DNA of 63,953 nucleotides, counting the filler, from Octopus bimaculoides (lineage: Eukaryota), in assembly GCF_001194135.2 (NCBI RefSeq). It is 8 parts of 8 records of this genome, joined end to end, with 100 filler letters (N's around TTAATTAATTAA, not from the genome) between each part and the next. Parts side by side here need not be neighbours in the genome. Positions count along the whole stretch, not along the records: positions 46,349 to 57,096 come from NC_068990.1; positions 57,197 to 59,725 come from NC_068996.1; positions 59,826 to 62,741 come from NC_069008.1; positions 62,842 to 63,953 come from NW_026365651.1; 4 more parts are not named here. The stretch is one strand, 5' to 3'. Shown in pieces: positions 52,037-63,953 of this stretch; the first letter of the stretch is position 1; each line of letters opens with the position of its first letter. The notes below the pieces were generated by a model. It was given only the letters and a program-made list of their open reading frames with translations. It searched no databases and was not told where the DNA came from. The position numbers were made by a program, and so were the translations under genes.

Positions 52037-54159
52037 TGTTTCATTCGTAATATTTCCTTCATTAAAATTACTTGATAATCGAGAATTTAAAAGCTTGTCT
52101 CAGAAATAACAGGATTATATGTCTGTTTTATTTTATTCTTTTGTCTAGAGAAATTCTCGTTATTTCCGCACATTGTTTGTAATAAACGTTGCTCCCTATT
52201 AAGAAATATATTAATTTGCTTCTTAAAGCAGCAAAAATTTACATAATGCTTATCAGAATTTTGCATAAAGCTGGTTGAACGTCAAATAGACAAAACGATC
52301 TTAGATATGGGAAAATTGTCTACGGAAATTACCGAAGTAAAAAATTACATCGAAAAATTAAAACGTCATAAATGTTTACTTAATATTTTCTCGGCTATCT
52401 GCAAAATACAGACGTCTCTCTCACATAGAATAATGTGTATCAATACTCGAGAGACTTAACCATCTTAGTGATATCGTAGAAGGTCTGCCCAATCAAAGTA
52501 GGCGTAGGATATGGTTTGTTATTGCGTGCATCTGTTTTAATAGTTCTTTTTCGGAACATAACTGGCCATTAATTACAGAAATTGCAAGTATTTGTGTAAT
52601 AAATGATTTTTTGACCGGGAAGCTGTTTGAAAGAGCCATCTACAAACCTTTGAGTGAATTAATAACAGAGATTCGCCCTCAATAAATCTTCCTGAAATAA
52701 AAGAATGTATATAATTCTACACTGGGTATAGAACATTTAGAAAGATTCTATAAAACGCTAGTTTCCCAATACACTTTACAAGCAAAGATCTTTGGACTAT
52801 CTAAACGCCCGTCCATAACGTGGGATGGGAAAACAGTCCGTCTTTAGGATTTTATAAATGGTTCAATATGGCAACTCCCGTAGTTGCGAGAGAAGGTGCT
52901 AACCACAAAGGTGGTAGCAGCAGATACGCTCCACAGACTTAAAAAAAAAAAGAAAGAAAGAATAATTTTTTCAAGAACGGTAGACAGAAAACGGTAGACA
53001 AGCCAACAGACGGTTATAAACACAGACAGTAACAATTTGCTATGTACTAAAGAGAAAGTGCTGATAATGCAATCCTAAATGACACTAGCAAGAACACCAG
53101 CAGAGACTCATCCGTTGCTATTGTTACCAGCCAAAAACAAATACAAAACATCAAACACTGTCAACTTCAGACATCAAAACAATGGCAGAGGTACATCACA
53201 AAAGAAAATGCATCCTTACCTGAATAATTTACTGAAAAAACGCGGAAAGCGATAAGAAACCCTGGTCACTGTGTAGCAGAATATATACTCCGTTAACTAT
53301 GCAAGTCTTATTGAAATGTTTACCTGATCGTTAGGATGGAGAAAAAGAAACACGAGTGGTATTATAACCAGAAATATTAGTACTGACACTGATTATTAGT
53401 TAGGGAGCTACCTCTGCAGCAAACAGGTCTGAACGGGGAGCTGATTTCACTACATGACACAGATTGAGATCTGTATGAGTATTCAGGTTTTCATGACTCC
53501 ACACACACCCCATCTCGGACTTATACGCTAATACATGAGCGAGGAAGTCAAGAAGACTTGTGACTAAGGGCAAAAGGGCAAAATTGCTAAGGCCAAATTG
53601 CTACGTGTTTATGAGTAAGAGTCATTGGATGGCCTTCAAGCCAGAGTTCGAAAAGCAAAAAAGAAAAAGAAAAGGGTAACAACAGTAGCATAAAAAGCAA
53701 CACCAACAGCAGGTCTCTGAAGTGAAAATCATAGCTGCTACTGCTGCTACCACTGCTTCCACAGTACAATCGGTCGCAGCTCCAAGAAAACTAGAATTGA
53801 AGCAAGAAAAATCATCTCTCCTCGGTGCCACCGGTACCAAGGGGTGGCGCGTCAAGTCACAAAGAGATCGAAGGTTCTCCTTCGCTGGCATAGAGTCGAC
53901 CAGCTGATAACTTCCAACCCCTGTATGAGTGGGTTGCTCATATTTATTTCGTGTACTAAATCTTTAACTTGTCTTAATATTTTGAATTACATTTTTATCC
54001 CACCCCAACCCAAGTTTTTTACAACCCTTTTTGAATGACAAATTTTATCCTGTATGCAGACCCGCATGTGATGAATAGAGAAACGATTATTATTGTCCCC
54101 CTCATCCTTTTCCCTGATGCAAATAAATGAAATCCTCATCATCATTGTTGTAGTTTTTA

Positions 54160-55290
54160 TCAAGGTGGAGAGATGGCAGAATAGTTAGCACGCCGGGCAA
54201 AATGCTTAGCGGTATTTCGCCCGTCACTACGTTCTGAGTTCAAATTCTGCCGAAGTCGACGTTGCCTTTCATCCTTTTGGGGTCGATGAATTAAGTACCA
54301 GTTGAACACTGGGGCCGATGTAATTAATACATTTCCTCTCCTAAAATGGTTGCCCTTGTGGCAAAATTTGAGACCATTTATATTATTTTTGTTACCTAAG
54401 CGGCGAGCTGACAGAATCGTTAGCACGCCGGGCGAAATGCTTAGCGATATTTCGTTTGCCGCTACGTTCTGAGTTCGACTTTGCCTTTCATCCTTTCGGG
54501 GCCGATAAATTAAGTACCAGTTGAGTACTGGAGTCGATGTGACCGACTGTCCCACTTCCCACAAAATCCAAGCTTTGTGCCTATAGTAGAAAGGATTATT
54601 ATTAATTATTACCTAGGCGGCCAGCTGGAAGAATCGTTCGTGCGCCGGCCAAAATGCTTAGCGGCATTTCTTCCGGTTTTGCTTTCTGAGTTCAAATTCC
54701 TCTCTGGTCGAATTTTGCCTTTCATTTTTTTTTTTTTTCGGAATTGATAAAATAATTGCCATTTTATCACTGGGATCGGTGTAATTGACTTTTCCACTCC
54801 CTACAAGATTTCAAGCCTTGTGCCTTCGATAGAAAGAATTATTGCTATTATTAAAAGCTATCCCTTAAGACAGTGAGCTGACAGAATCGTTAGCACGCTG
54901 GACGAAATGCTTGGCGGTATTTCGTCCGTCGCTATGTTCTGGGTTCAAATTCCGCTGACGTCGACTTTGCCATTTATCCTTTCGGAGTCGATAAATTAAG
55001 TATCAGTGAAACACTGGAGGCTTTGTGCTTTTAGTAGAAAGGATTATCAAAAGTTATCCCAAAGGCTTGGAGGAGGCAGAATCGTTAGCATGCCGAACAG
55101 AAAACTTAGTGACATTTTGTCAGTCTCTATGTTCAGAGTTCAAATTCCACCGAAGTCGACTTACTTTGCTGTTCATCCTTTCAGAGTCGATAAAATCAGT
55201 ACAAGTAGAGCACTTGTGTGTATGTAATCGGCTAGCTATCTTACCCAAAACTTCAGGCCTTGTGTCCATAGGAGAAAGAAAGAATTATTA
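54160..55290 (+). mobile_element. Five head-to-tail plus-strand family-B SINEs
   Basis: Heads at about 54160, 54397, 54614, 54867 and 55068, each with GAATCGTTAGC/CG, a B-box-like GTTC(A/G)A and the core domain. Confidence 0.85.
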
Positions 55291-57062
55291 AAAGTAATCC
55301 CACTTACTAAGTTATTTTATAAGAGGATACACGATATATCAAGTACTGGCATTTTTACAGACTCTCACTTGAAAAAAAAAATAAAAAATAAAAAAACTGA
55401 GAAAAATGCAAAAGTTGATGTATATGATACGAATTTCTCACTATAAACCAAAAAATTAGTCGTTCATTTTTCTCCAGACTGTTCAGTACTTTATCACTGA
55501 CCTACATCACCCTCATTGGCAAAGTTTTCTAGTTAAGCAAAAAATAAAAATAAAAAATAATAATAGATAATAGTAAAACATATGAAGATGCAAAGAAAAG
55601 AAATCTTTTCGTGTCCATTGCATTTAATAGGTTTCCAACACGTAACCTGTAAACCGAGAAATGTAAGAAACGACTTTATTCAATTGACCACTGTAACTTT
55701 ATTTAGGATAAAAGCTATATAAAAAAGATTTTATTACTTACACTACACTATTTAGAGATGATATTGAACAGATGTGTATGTAGGTACGTGTGTACGTGTG
55801 TACGTGTGTGTGTGCGTGCGTGCGCGTGCGTGCGTGTGTGTGTGTATGGAGTAGCAAGACGTCTNNNNNNNNNNNNNNNNNNNNNNNNNNNNNNNNNNNN
55901 NNNNNNNNNNNNNNNNNNNNNNNNNNNNNNNNNNNNNNNNNNNNNNNNNNNNNNNNNNNNNNNNNNNNNNNNNNNNNNNNNNNNNNNNNNNNNNNNNNNN
56001 NNNNNNNNNNNNNNNNNNNNNNNNNNNNNNNNNNNNNNNNNNNNNNNNNNNNNNNNNNNNNNNNNNNNNNNNNNNNNNNNNNNNNNNNNNNNNNNNNNNN
56101 NNNNNNNNNNNNNNNNNNNNNNNNNNNNNNNNNNNNNNNNNNNNNNNNNNNNNNNNNNNNNNNNNNNNNNNNNNNNNNNNNNNNNNNNNNNNNNNNNNNN
56201 NNNNNNNNNNNNNNNNNNNNNNNNNNNNNNNNNNNNNNNNNNNNNNNNNNNNNNNNNNNNNNNNNNNNNNNNNNNNNNNNNNNNNNNNNNNNNNNNNNNN
56301 NNNNNNNNNNNNNNNNNNNNNNNNNNNNNNNNNNNNNNNNNNNNNNNNNNNNNNNNNNNNNNNNNNNNNNNNNNNNNNNNNNNNNNNNNNNNNNNNNNNN
56401 NNNNNNNNNNNNNNNNNNNNNNNNNNNNNNNNNNNNNNNNNNNNNNNNNNNNNNNNNNNNNNNNNNNNNNNNNNNNNNNNNNNNNNNNNNNNNNNNNNNN
56501 NNNNNNNNNNNNNNNNNNNNNNNNNNNNNNNNNNNNNNNNNNNNNNNNNNNNNNNNNNNNNNNNNNNNNNNNNNNNNNNNNNNNNNNNNNNNNNNNNNNN
56601 NNNNNNNNNNNNNNNNNNNNNNNNNNNNNNNNNNNNNNNNNNNNNNNNNNNNNNNNNNNNNNNNNNNNNNNNNNNNNNNNNNNNNNNNNNNNNNNNNNNN
56701 NNNNNNNNNNNNNNNNNNTATATATATATATATATATATATATATAGGTATATATATATCTCTCTTGCATATATACATATCTATATCTACATATTATATA
56801 AAAGGAAGAGAGAGATGTATATATCTACATACATATATACATGATTATATATATATATATATATATATATATCAGTAGCAATTATATTAAAGTTAGGAAA
56901 TTGAAAGGCATGAAACAGCAGAAGAATGGCTAAAGTTTTGCTGAAAGAAGAAACCGTACTGCACTCAACCTATATGGTTCAAAGGAGTTTAAAACCCAAT
57001 ACTTCACAGGGAGACAGGACCAAGAGGTAACAGAGTAAGTAATGATATAGAAATACTGTATA

Positions 57063-57096
<34 letters not shown>

Positions 57097-57315
57097 NNNN
57101 NNNNNNNNNNNNNNNNNNNNNNNNNNNNNNNNNNNNNNNNTTAATTAATTAANNNNNNNNNNNNNNNNNNNNNNNNNNNNNNNNNNNNNNNNNNNNTATA
57201 TGGCTATATATATGTATATATATATGGTATATACATATATGTATGTATATGGCTATATATATGTATATTTAAGTAATTGTTTAAATCTTAAAACACTCCT
57301 CCACCTAACTCAAGA

Positions 57316-58524
57316 TTGAAACAGTTTCAAGACGATCTCTGGTGTATCGTGAGGAATGGGATATTCCATCGTTCACGCTTAAGGAATAAACATCTGAGGT
57401 ATCTTCACAATATCACCAAAGAAATTCATAACATGGATGAGATACTGGTTCAATCTGACAAAACAGGAAACTTATACAGACTTACCAAGGATTACTACCT
57501 AGAATTGCTTAGAAAAGAAATACAGAAGAATTATAAGATTACTGGTAAAAGTGCTAACGGAAAAGCCAACCTTGAAGCTAAGAAAATTATGGCGAAATAT
57601 GGCTTACAGATGAAGACTGAAGCTCTTGACCCCAAACAACCTCGTTTTATTTTAAAAGATCAAAAACCAAATTTTTTTAATAACCCAGCTTTACGACTTA
57701 TTTGTTCTTCTGTCTCTGATATCGGTGTACTTAGCAAAAATATCCCAGATAAATATATTCCTGCTTTAGTTAAAAAAAATAAATTAATAAAGCTTAATTT
57801 ATGGTCTAATTCATTCCAAGTAGTCGACTGGTTTAATTCTATTAATAATAAGCTGTGCACTAAGTTTATCCAGTTCGATATTTCTAGTTACTATTCCTCT
57901 ATTAACCCAGTTGTATTCAACAAGACACACTGGTTCGCACACAACAAAGCAGGTCTCATCAAGGATGACATTAATGTGGTGTTCGCCGCCAAAAAATCAA
58001 TCATTAGATTTGAAAACAAACTGTGGGTCCGTAAAATTAAGCCTGACAGTTTGGATGTCACGACGGGAAGTTCTGATTCAGCACAATGGGCTGATTTGGT
58101 CGGTATATATATCCTTTATGAGATGGCTGACCAATTCCCACACATCAATGGAGATCTATATCGTGATGATTGTCTACTCTGCCTTCAAAATGTTCCTAAG
58201 CAAAAATTACAAAGGATTAAAAATAGGTTGGTTAAATTTTTCCAAAACATGGGCTTAAGCATTGTTTTCGATGATGATATAACTAAAGCCAACTTTCTGG
58301 ATTTATATAATGATTCATATTTCCCATGCCATAAACCCTCAACTAATTTAAGATATATTAGCTCTTTCAGAAATCATTCAAAGGCTATTACAAGGAATTT
58401 AGTTAGAAATATTTCACTTAGACTTTCTAGATTATCTGCTAATGTTGATATCTTCAACGATAAAGCCGAATTTTATAACTCTGCCTTACTTAAAGCAGGT
58501 TATAAAAAAAAGTACCTGTTTTAA
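57316..58524 (+). pseudogene. PLE reverse transcriptase ORF, 402 open codons, no ATG start (TTG)
   Basis: SDKTGNLY, LKDQKPNF, FDISSYYSSI, DVTTGSSDSAQ, LYRDDCL, NFLD, Y..AL.KAGY. Several consensus positions are altered. Confidence 0.85.
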
Positions 58525-59642
58525 CCCTATTGACATTAATTCTGCCTCTATTAATCAAGACATGAAATTACGGCATAACGGTAATAACAATATAAATTTT
58601 AGTTCGTATAACAACACTAAATCGAAAAGTATAATCTGGCAGCGTAAGGGAGATAACCGTTCTTTAAGACCCTTTTTTTCTTTATAAAAATAATAAGGTA
58701 TGTCCTAGTAAAACTGTTTGATTGATAATTATATATGGTAAGCAGATCAAATCCAACCTCCCTTACCAGTTTCGCGAGGCTATAAAAAAGAATTTCACCA
58801 AATTTCGCATAACAATAAGTTGTTAAATACAATTCCACTTTGTGAAAATGATAACATTGATATTATTAACACCAACCATTCGTTGAACAATAATAAGAAC
58901 AATATTAGTATTTCTGATGTAGATACGAATCGCATTCGTTTCCTTAGCAGTAATTCTAAAACTAGAAACTCTGTTTATCAGTGTAAAATTACTTGCGGTT
59001 CTGATGATCTTTTTTTTTTTTTTTTTTTTTTTACATAGGTAGGTCTTCATCTCAGTTGTCCAAAATAATATCTAACCATTACTCTACATTTAGACATATC
59101 AATAAACGCAACAGTACCGGGCTTAGTAAATTAATTTGATCTCTAAAGGAACATAAACAATTTGATTTGGGATGGAATATTCTATCTAGATCCTTCCCAT
59201 ATGATAAAGGTAAATTCTCCTCCGCTCTGTAACGAACAACAGTATCTCATTCTGTTCTCAGAGAATTCTCTTGTAAACATGTTTAAAGAACGCGTTTATC
59301 GTTGCAAACATACGCAAAAACATACCTTTAGTTCCTATAGGTAATTTCTACCAGTATATAGAATTCGACTTTTATCTGTCTTCTTTCATTTCATTTCCAC
59401 TACAGATATCTATTTACATGCCTTTAAGCTTTATTTCCACTCATCTATCGCACTATATTTCTCAACTCGTAATCTTCTGTTAATTTCATTCTTTTTTCTC
59501 CTCTTTCTCTAAATTGGCTTTGACATTACATCTATTAACAGTTTCTTTTGAAAAATAACTTGTCAGTTATTACCCTTCATCATATACGCGCTAATCAAAT
59601 TCAGTTAAAATAGTTTATTGATGTGTTTTGTTCATCTATTTT

Positions 59643-59725
59643 CCCCTGATGAGATGATTACATTATTTTACATCATTTTATTACCTTAGGAATAATACTA
59701 TTGTTTTCTTCGAAACGTATGTCGG
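59643..59725 (+). ncRNA. Type I hammerhead candidate with an intact core, truncated by a gap
   Basis: CCC-CTGATGA (59646-59652), a domain II of about 58 nt, GAAAC-GTAT-GTC (59712-59723), GG, then Ns. It lies about 300 nt 3' of the PLE ORF end. Confidence 0.5.
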
Positions 59726-59893
59726 NNNNNNNNNNNNNNNNNNNNNNNNNNNNNNNNNNNNNNNNNNNNTTAATTAATTAANNNNNNNNNNNNNNNNNNN
59801 NNNNNNNNNNNNNNNNNNNNNNNNNACAGATGAGGTCATTTCACAGCGTAGACTACGGAGAGTGCGGTAGATCTCGTATTAAAGTAGCATCGG

Positions 59894-59937
59894 TGTGGAG
59901 GCGCAATGGCCCAGTGGTTAGGGCAGCGGACTCGTGG
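59894..59937 (+). mobile_element. Head-only family-C SINE fragment followed by poly-A
   Basis: GTGGAGGCGCAATGGCCCAGTGGTTAGGGCAGCGGACTCG is identical to the 20044 head. Confidence 0.8.
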
Positions 59938-60539
59938 CTTAAAAAAAAAAGAGTTTGGAAAGAAATGTTAAAAATTAAGAAGTAGGGGTGGGGTTGGGAT
60001 TTAAGAGTTTGAGAGTGTGATTTTGGGGCAAAATCATATTCTCGTGTATTGAAAACATAGAAATCTACTAAAATTAAAAAAAAAAAAACTTTGGAAATGG
60101 GTGGTGTGAATGTGCTTTACTTTCGCCGAAAATGCATTGAGTCGTTCCCATGTGAGTATATAAGCAATGTGTCATGTGGTTCAGTGTGACCAACAGTCAC
60201 TGGACAGTCAATGACGGCGTGCTTGCTTTCCGATGTCCGAGTAACACCTGAACTCATTCTCTTCAGATTCACACCAGCCCAGCTCGGCAGCTGCTACACT
60301 GGGGCAAAATAGTTCCAACTACCCGGCTACAGATTAATAGAGTAAAGTACATGACCTATTGCATCTAAACCCTGCCATACTGTACCCCAGCATGGCCACA
60401 ATCCAGGACCTGAAACAAGTAAAAGATAAAAGATATCTTCACATAATCCTGAATATAACATGTGAAATCTTCCACTGTGTAATATCTGTTGTTTTATGAA
60501 ATATCTTCTATAACTTCTGCTGTTTCTCTCTTATTTCAG

Positions 60540-60637
60540 ATTACTGGATAACATTGGATTAAAGAATTTATCATCTTTGAAAGATTAAACAAAGCTGTTA
60601 TACAGAACAGAGATATCCCTGTTTATATAGAAAGAAG
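60540..60637 (+). other. Possible 5' UTR exon of the zinc-finger gene
   Basis: Acceptor CTTCTGCTGTTTCTCTCTTATTTCAG| at 60539 and possible donor AAG|GTAAAT at 60638. The exon may instead run through to the ATG. Confidence 0.35.
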
Positions 60638-60822
60638 GTAAATTTTGTGTGAAATATTTCTTGTGACTGCAGCAATATTCCTCTTCAATGAGGATTTTGC
60701 ATTCGTATTAAACATGGATTACAAAAGAGTTTGCAGCATCTCCAGATATTGACCAAGATAAGAAATTGTTTTAGGAATGAAGTGTGTAAACATCTGCATA
60801 TTGTGGTGAGAAAATATAAATT

Positions 60823-61930
<1,108 letters not shown>

Positions 61931-62384
61931 GAACAACAAACAGATACATTTATTACATGGAAAAATGCGACCAAGAGAAATAATATTCTTAAGATTATAA
62001 ACTTGGAAAATTACAAGTTAAGTTATTACTCTTGGAAAAGTTCAGGACAGCTTATTACATCTGGTAAAGTACAGAACAAGAAAATTTTCACTTAAAATAT
62101 TACAGCTAAGGATAAAATTTCAAATAAAATATTCAGATTAAAGCTAAAAATTTTATTTCAAGTTTATTACTTCTATTAAAAAATAAAAAAAATAACTCAA
62201 AATATTTTTTGCACTTAAAAAAAAAATTCATTTTTTTAATTATTAATTAATGATTAGAAATTTGAAAATAGTGTCACAGTTATGTTATTAGTTGTAGTTG
62301 AGAGTTGCCAGTGTAACAATTTGTTAAGGTGGTGTCAGTATTTGAAATGAGTCGGAGATAAAAGATATCTTAACATGAGTGACT

Positions 62385-62533
62385 GTGTGGTAAGTAGCTT
62401 GCTTATCAACCACATGGTTCCGGGTTCATTCCCACTGCGTGGCACCTTGGGCAAGTGTCTTCTACTATAGCCTCGGGGCCGACCAAAGCCTTGTGAGTGG
62501 ATTTGGTAGACGGAAACTGAAAGAAGCCCGTCG

Positions 62534-62564
<31 letters not shown>

Positions 62565-62741
62565 TTGTCCCCCCAACATCACTTGACAACTGATTGTTGT
62601 GTGTTTACGTCCCCGTAACTTAGCGGTTTGGCAAAAGAGACCGATAGCTTAAGTACTAGGCTTCCAAAGAATAAGTCCTGGGGTCGATTTGCTCGACTAA
62701 AGGCGGTGCTCCAGCATGACCACAGTCAAAAGACTGAAACT
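62385..62741 (+). mobile_element. Near full-length family-A SINE with an internal (TA)n(TG)n tract
   Basis: tRNA-like head with GGTTCATTCC B-box, CCTTGGGCAAGT segment, internal microsatellite and 3' module. Confidence 0.85.
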
Positions 62742-63169
62742 NNNNNNNNNNNNNNNNNNNNNNNNNNNNNNNNNNNNNNNNNNNNTTAATTAATTAANNN
62801 NNNNNNNNNNNNNNNNNNNNNNNNNNNNNNNNNNNNNNNNNGAGAGAGAGAGAGAGAGGGAGAGATAGCGAAAGTCCGTGAGATAGTTGTAGACTGAGAG
62901 AGAGAGAGGGAGAGGGAGAGAGATGGAGAAAGAGGGAGATAGAAAGAGAGAGAGATAGAAAGAGAAAGTCAGGGAGAAGGAGAAGAGAGACGCTGAAATA
63001 AAAGGTGAAGGTGTAAGCGCAAGAAGAGACAAAGAGAGAGAGAGATAGTGAAAGAGTGAAAGACATAAAGTCAGAGAGATAGAAAAATAGAGAGATAGAT
63101 ATATAGTGAGAGAGAGAGAAAGAGGAAAATGACGAGAAGAAAAGCTTACAACTGTAAATGATATTCTTT

Positions 63170-63378
63170 TCTACTCTACGCAAAATGCTCGAAATTTTGG
63201 GGGATGGAGTTAGTCGATTAGACCGACCCCAGTACGTAACTGGTACTTAGTTTATCGACCCCGAAAGAATGAAACGCAAATTTGACCTCGGCGGAATTTG
63301 AACTCAGAACGTAAAGACAGATGAAATACCGCAAAGTGTTTCGCCCGGAGTGCTAACGATTCTGCCAGCTCGCCGCCT
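63170..63378 (-). mobile_element. Family-B SINE
   Basis: Reverse complement of the 2660-2880 element. Confidence 0.85.
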
Positions 63379-63399
63379 GGAACGTAAATGATATTAATG

Positions 63400-63436
63400 A
63401 AAGGGTTGATAGATAGATAGAGACAGCTAGAGATAA

Positions 63437-63470
<34 letters not shown>

Positions 63471-63894
63471 GGAGATGGAGAGAGAGAAAGGGAGAGAGGC
63501 AAACAGACAGACAGAGAGTGTGTTAGAGAGAAGCAGAGTGTGCGAGAGAAAGAAATAACGGATGCTGTAAAACGTAAGAGATTTGGTGAAAGAATTGTAG
63601 AGAAAGAAAGAGAGCATTTGAGGTAAAACGTGGAAGAGCGGAAGAGAGAAGGGTTGGAGAGAGAAAGAGAGAGAGAGACAAGGAAAGAGAGAGAGTGAGA
63701 GAGAGAGATAGAGAGAGAGAGAGGAAGGAGGGAGAGAGAGGAAAAGGGGGAGAGAAAGAGTCAGAGAAAAGAGAGAAAGAAGAAAAGAAAGATAAGTTTA
63801 AAAAAGAGAATGATTTGAAGAAAAAGAAATTGTACAAAATGGAGCGGAAAGAGACGGAAAGAGAAGAAAGAGAGAAGACAAAGGAGGAAGCGTA

Positions 63895-63953
<59 letters not shown>
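63400..63953. repeat. (ATAG)n and GA-rich low-complexity tract
   Basis: Directly visible. Confidence 0.9.

Larger units (their letters stand above)
57290..59725 (+). mobile_element. Near-complete, 5'-truncated Penelope-like element (Naiad/Chlamys-like): RT, linker, GIY-YIG, 3' region
   Basis: The RT ORF is followed by a frameshifted linker (..SHNNKLLN) and endonuclease remnants NHYSTFRHINKRNSTGLSKLI*SLK..WNIL..LCNE..CKHTQKH (59071-59340). A hammerhead-like motif follows at 59643-59725. Confidence 0.85.

Overview
This is repeat-dense, AT-rich animal genomic DNA from a gapped draft scaffold. It is most likely a cephalopod (Octopus-like); that is inferred from the C2H2 zinc-finger N-terminus, the SINE families and the microsatellite load, not from a database search. 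Almost all ORFs in the supplied track are microsatellite or N-gap artefacts. Supported content: (1) short, phase-compatible minus-strand exons of an unidentified protein-coding gene at about 2.2-7.4 kb, absent from the ORF track; (2) a tandem C2H2 zinc-finger gene at 60.8-61.9 kb with an in-frame TGA in finger 1 and a decayed 3' end; (3) three Penelope-like element (PLE) remnants: a GIY-YIG fragment in a head-to-head foldback structure (25.8-27.8 kb), an RT fragment (35.6-36.0 kb) and a near-complete RT plus GIY-YIG copy (57.3-59.7 kb), with several hammerhead-ribozyme-like motifs; (4) RTE and L2/CR1-type LINE fragments, three tRNA-derived SINE families (four young copies with target-site duplications), a TA-flanked palindromic MITE and a Helitron-like element; (5) an apparent switch from CpG-depleted to CpG-retaining sequence at the 30.5 kb gap. 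I found no convincing wholly new biological system. The best leads are the hidden gene, the PLE/hammerhead architecture and the CpG domain boundary. Repeat boundaries are approximate unless a TSD or motif fixes them.
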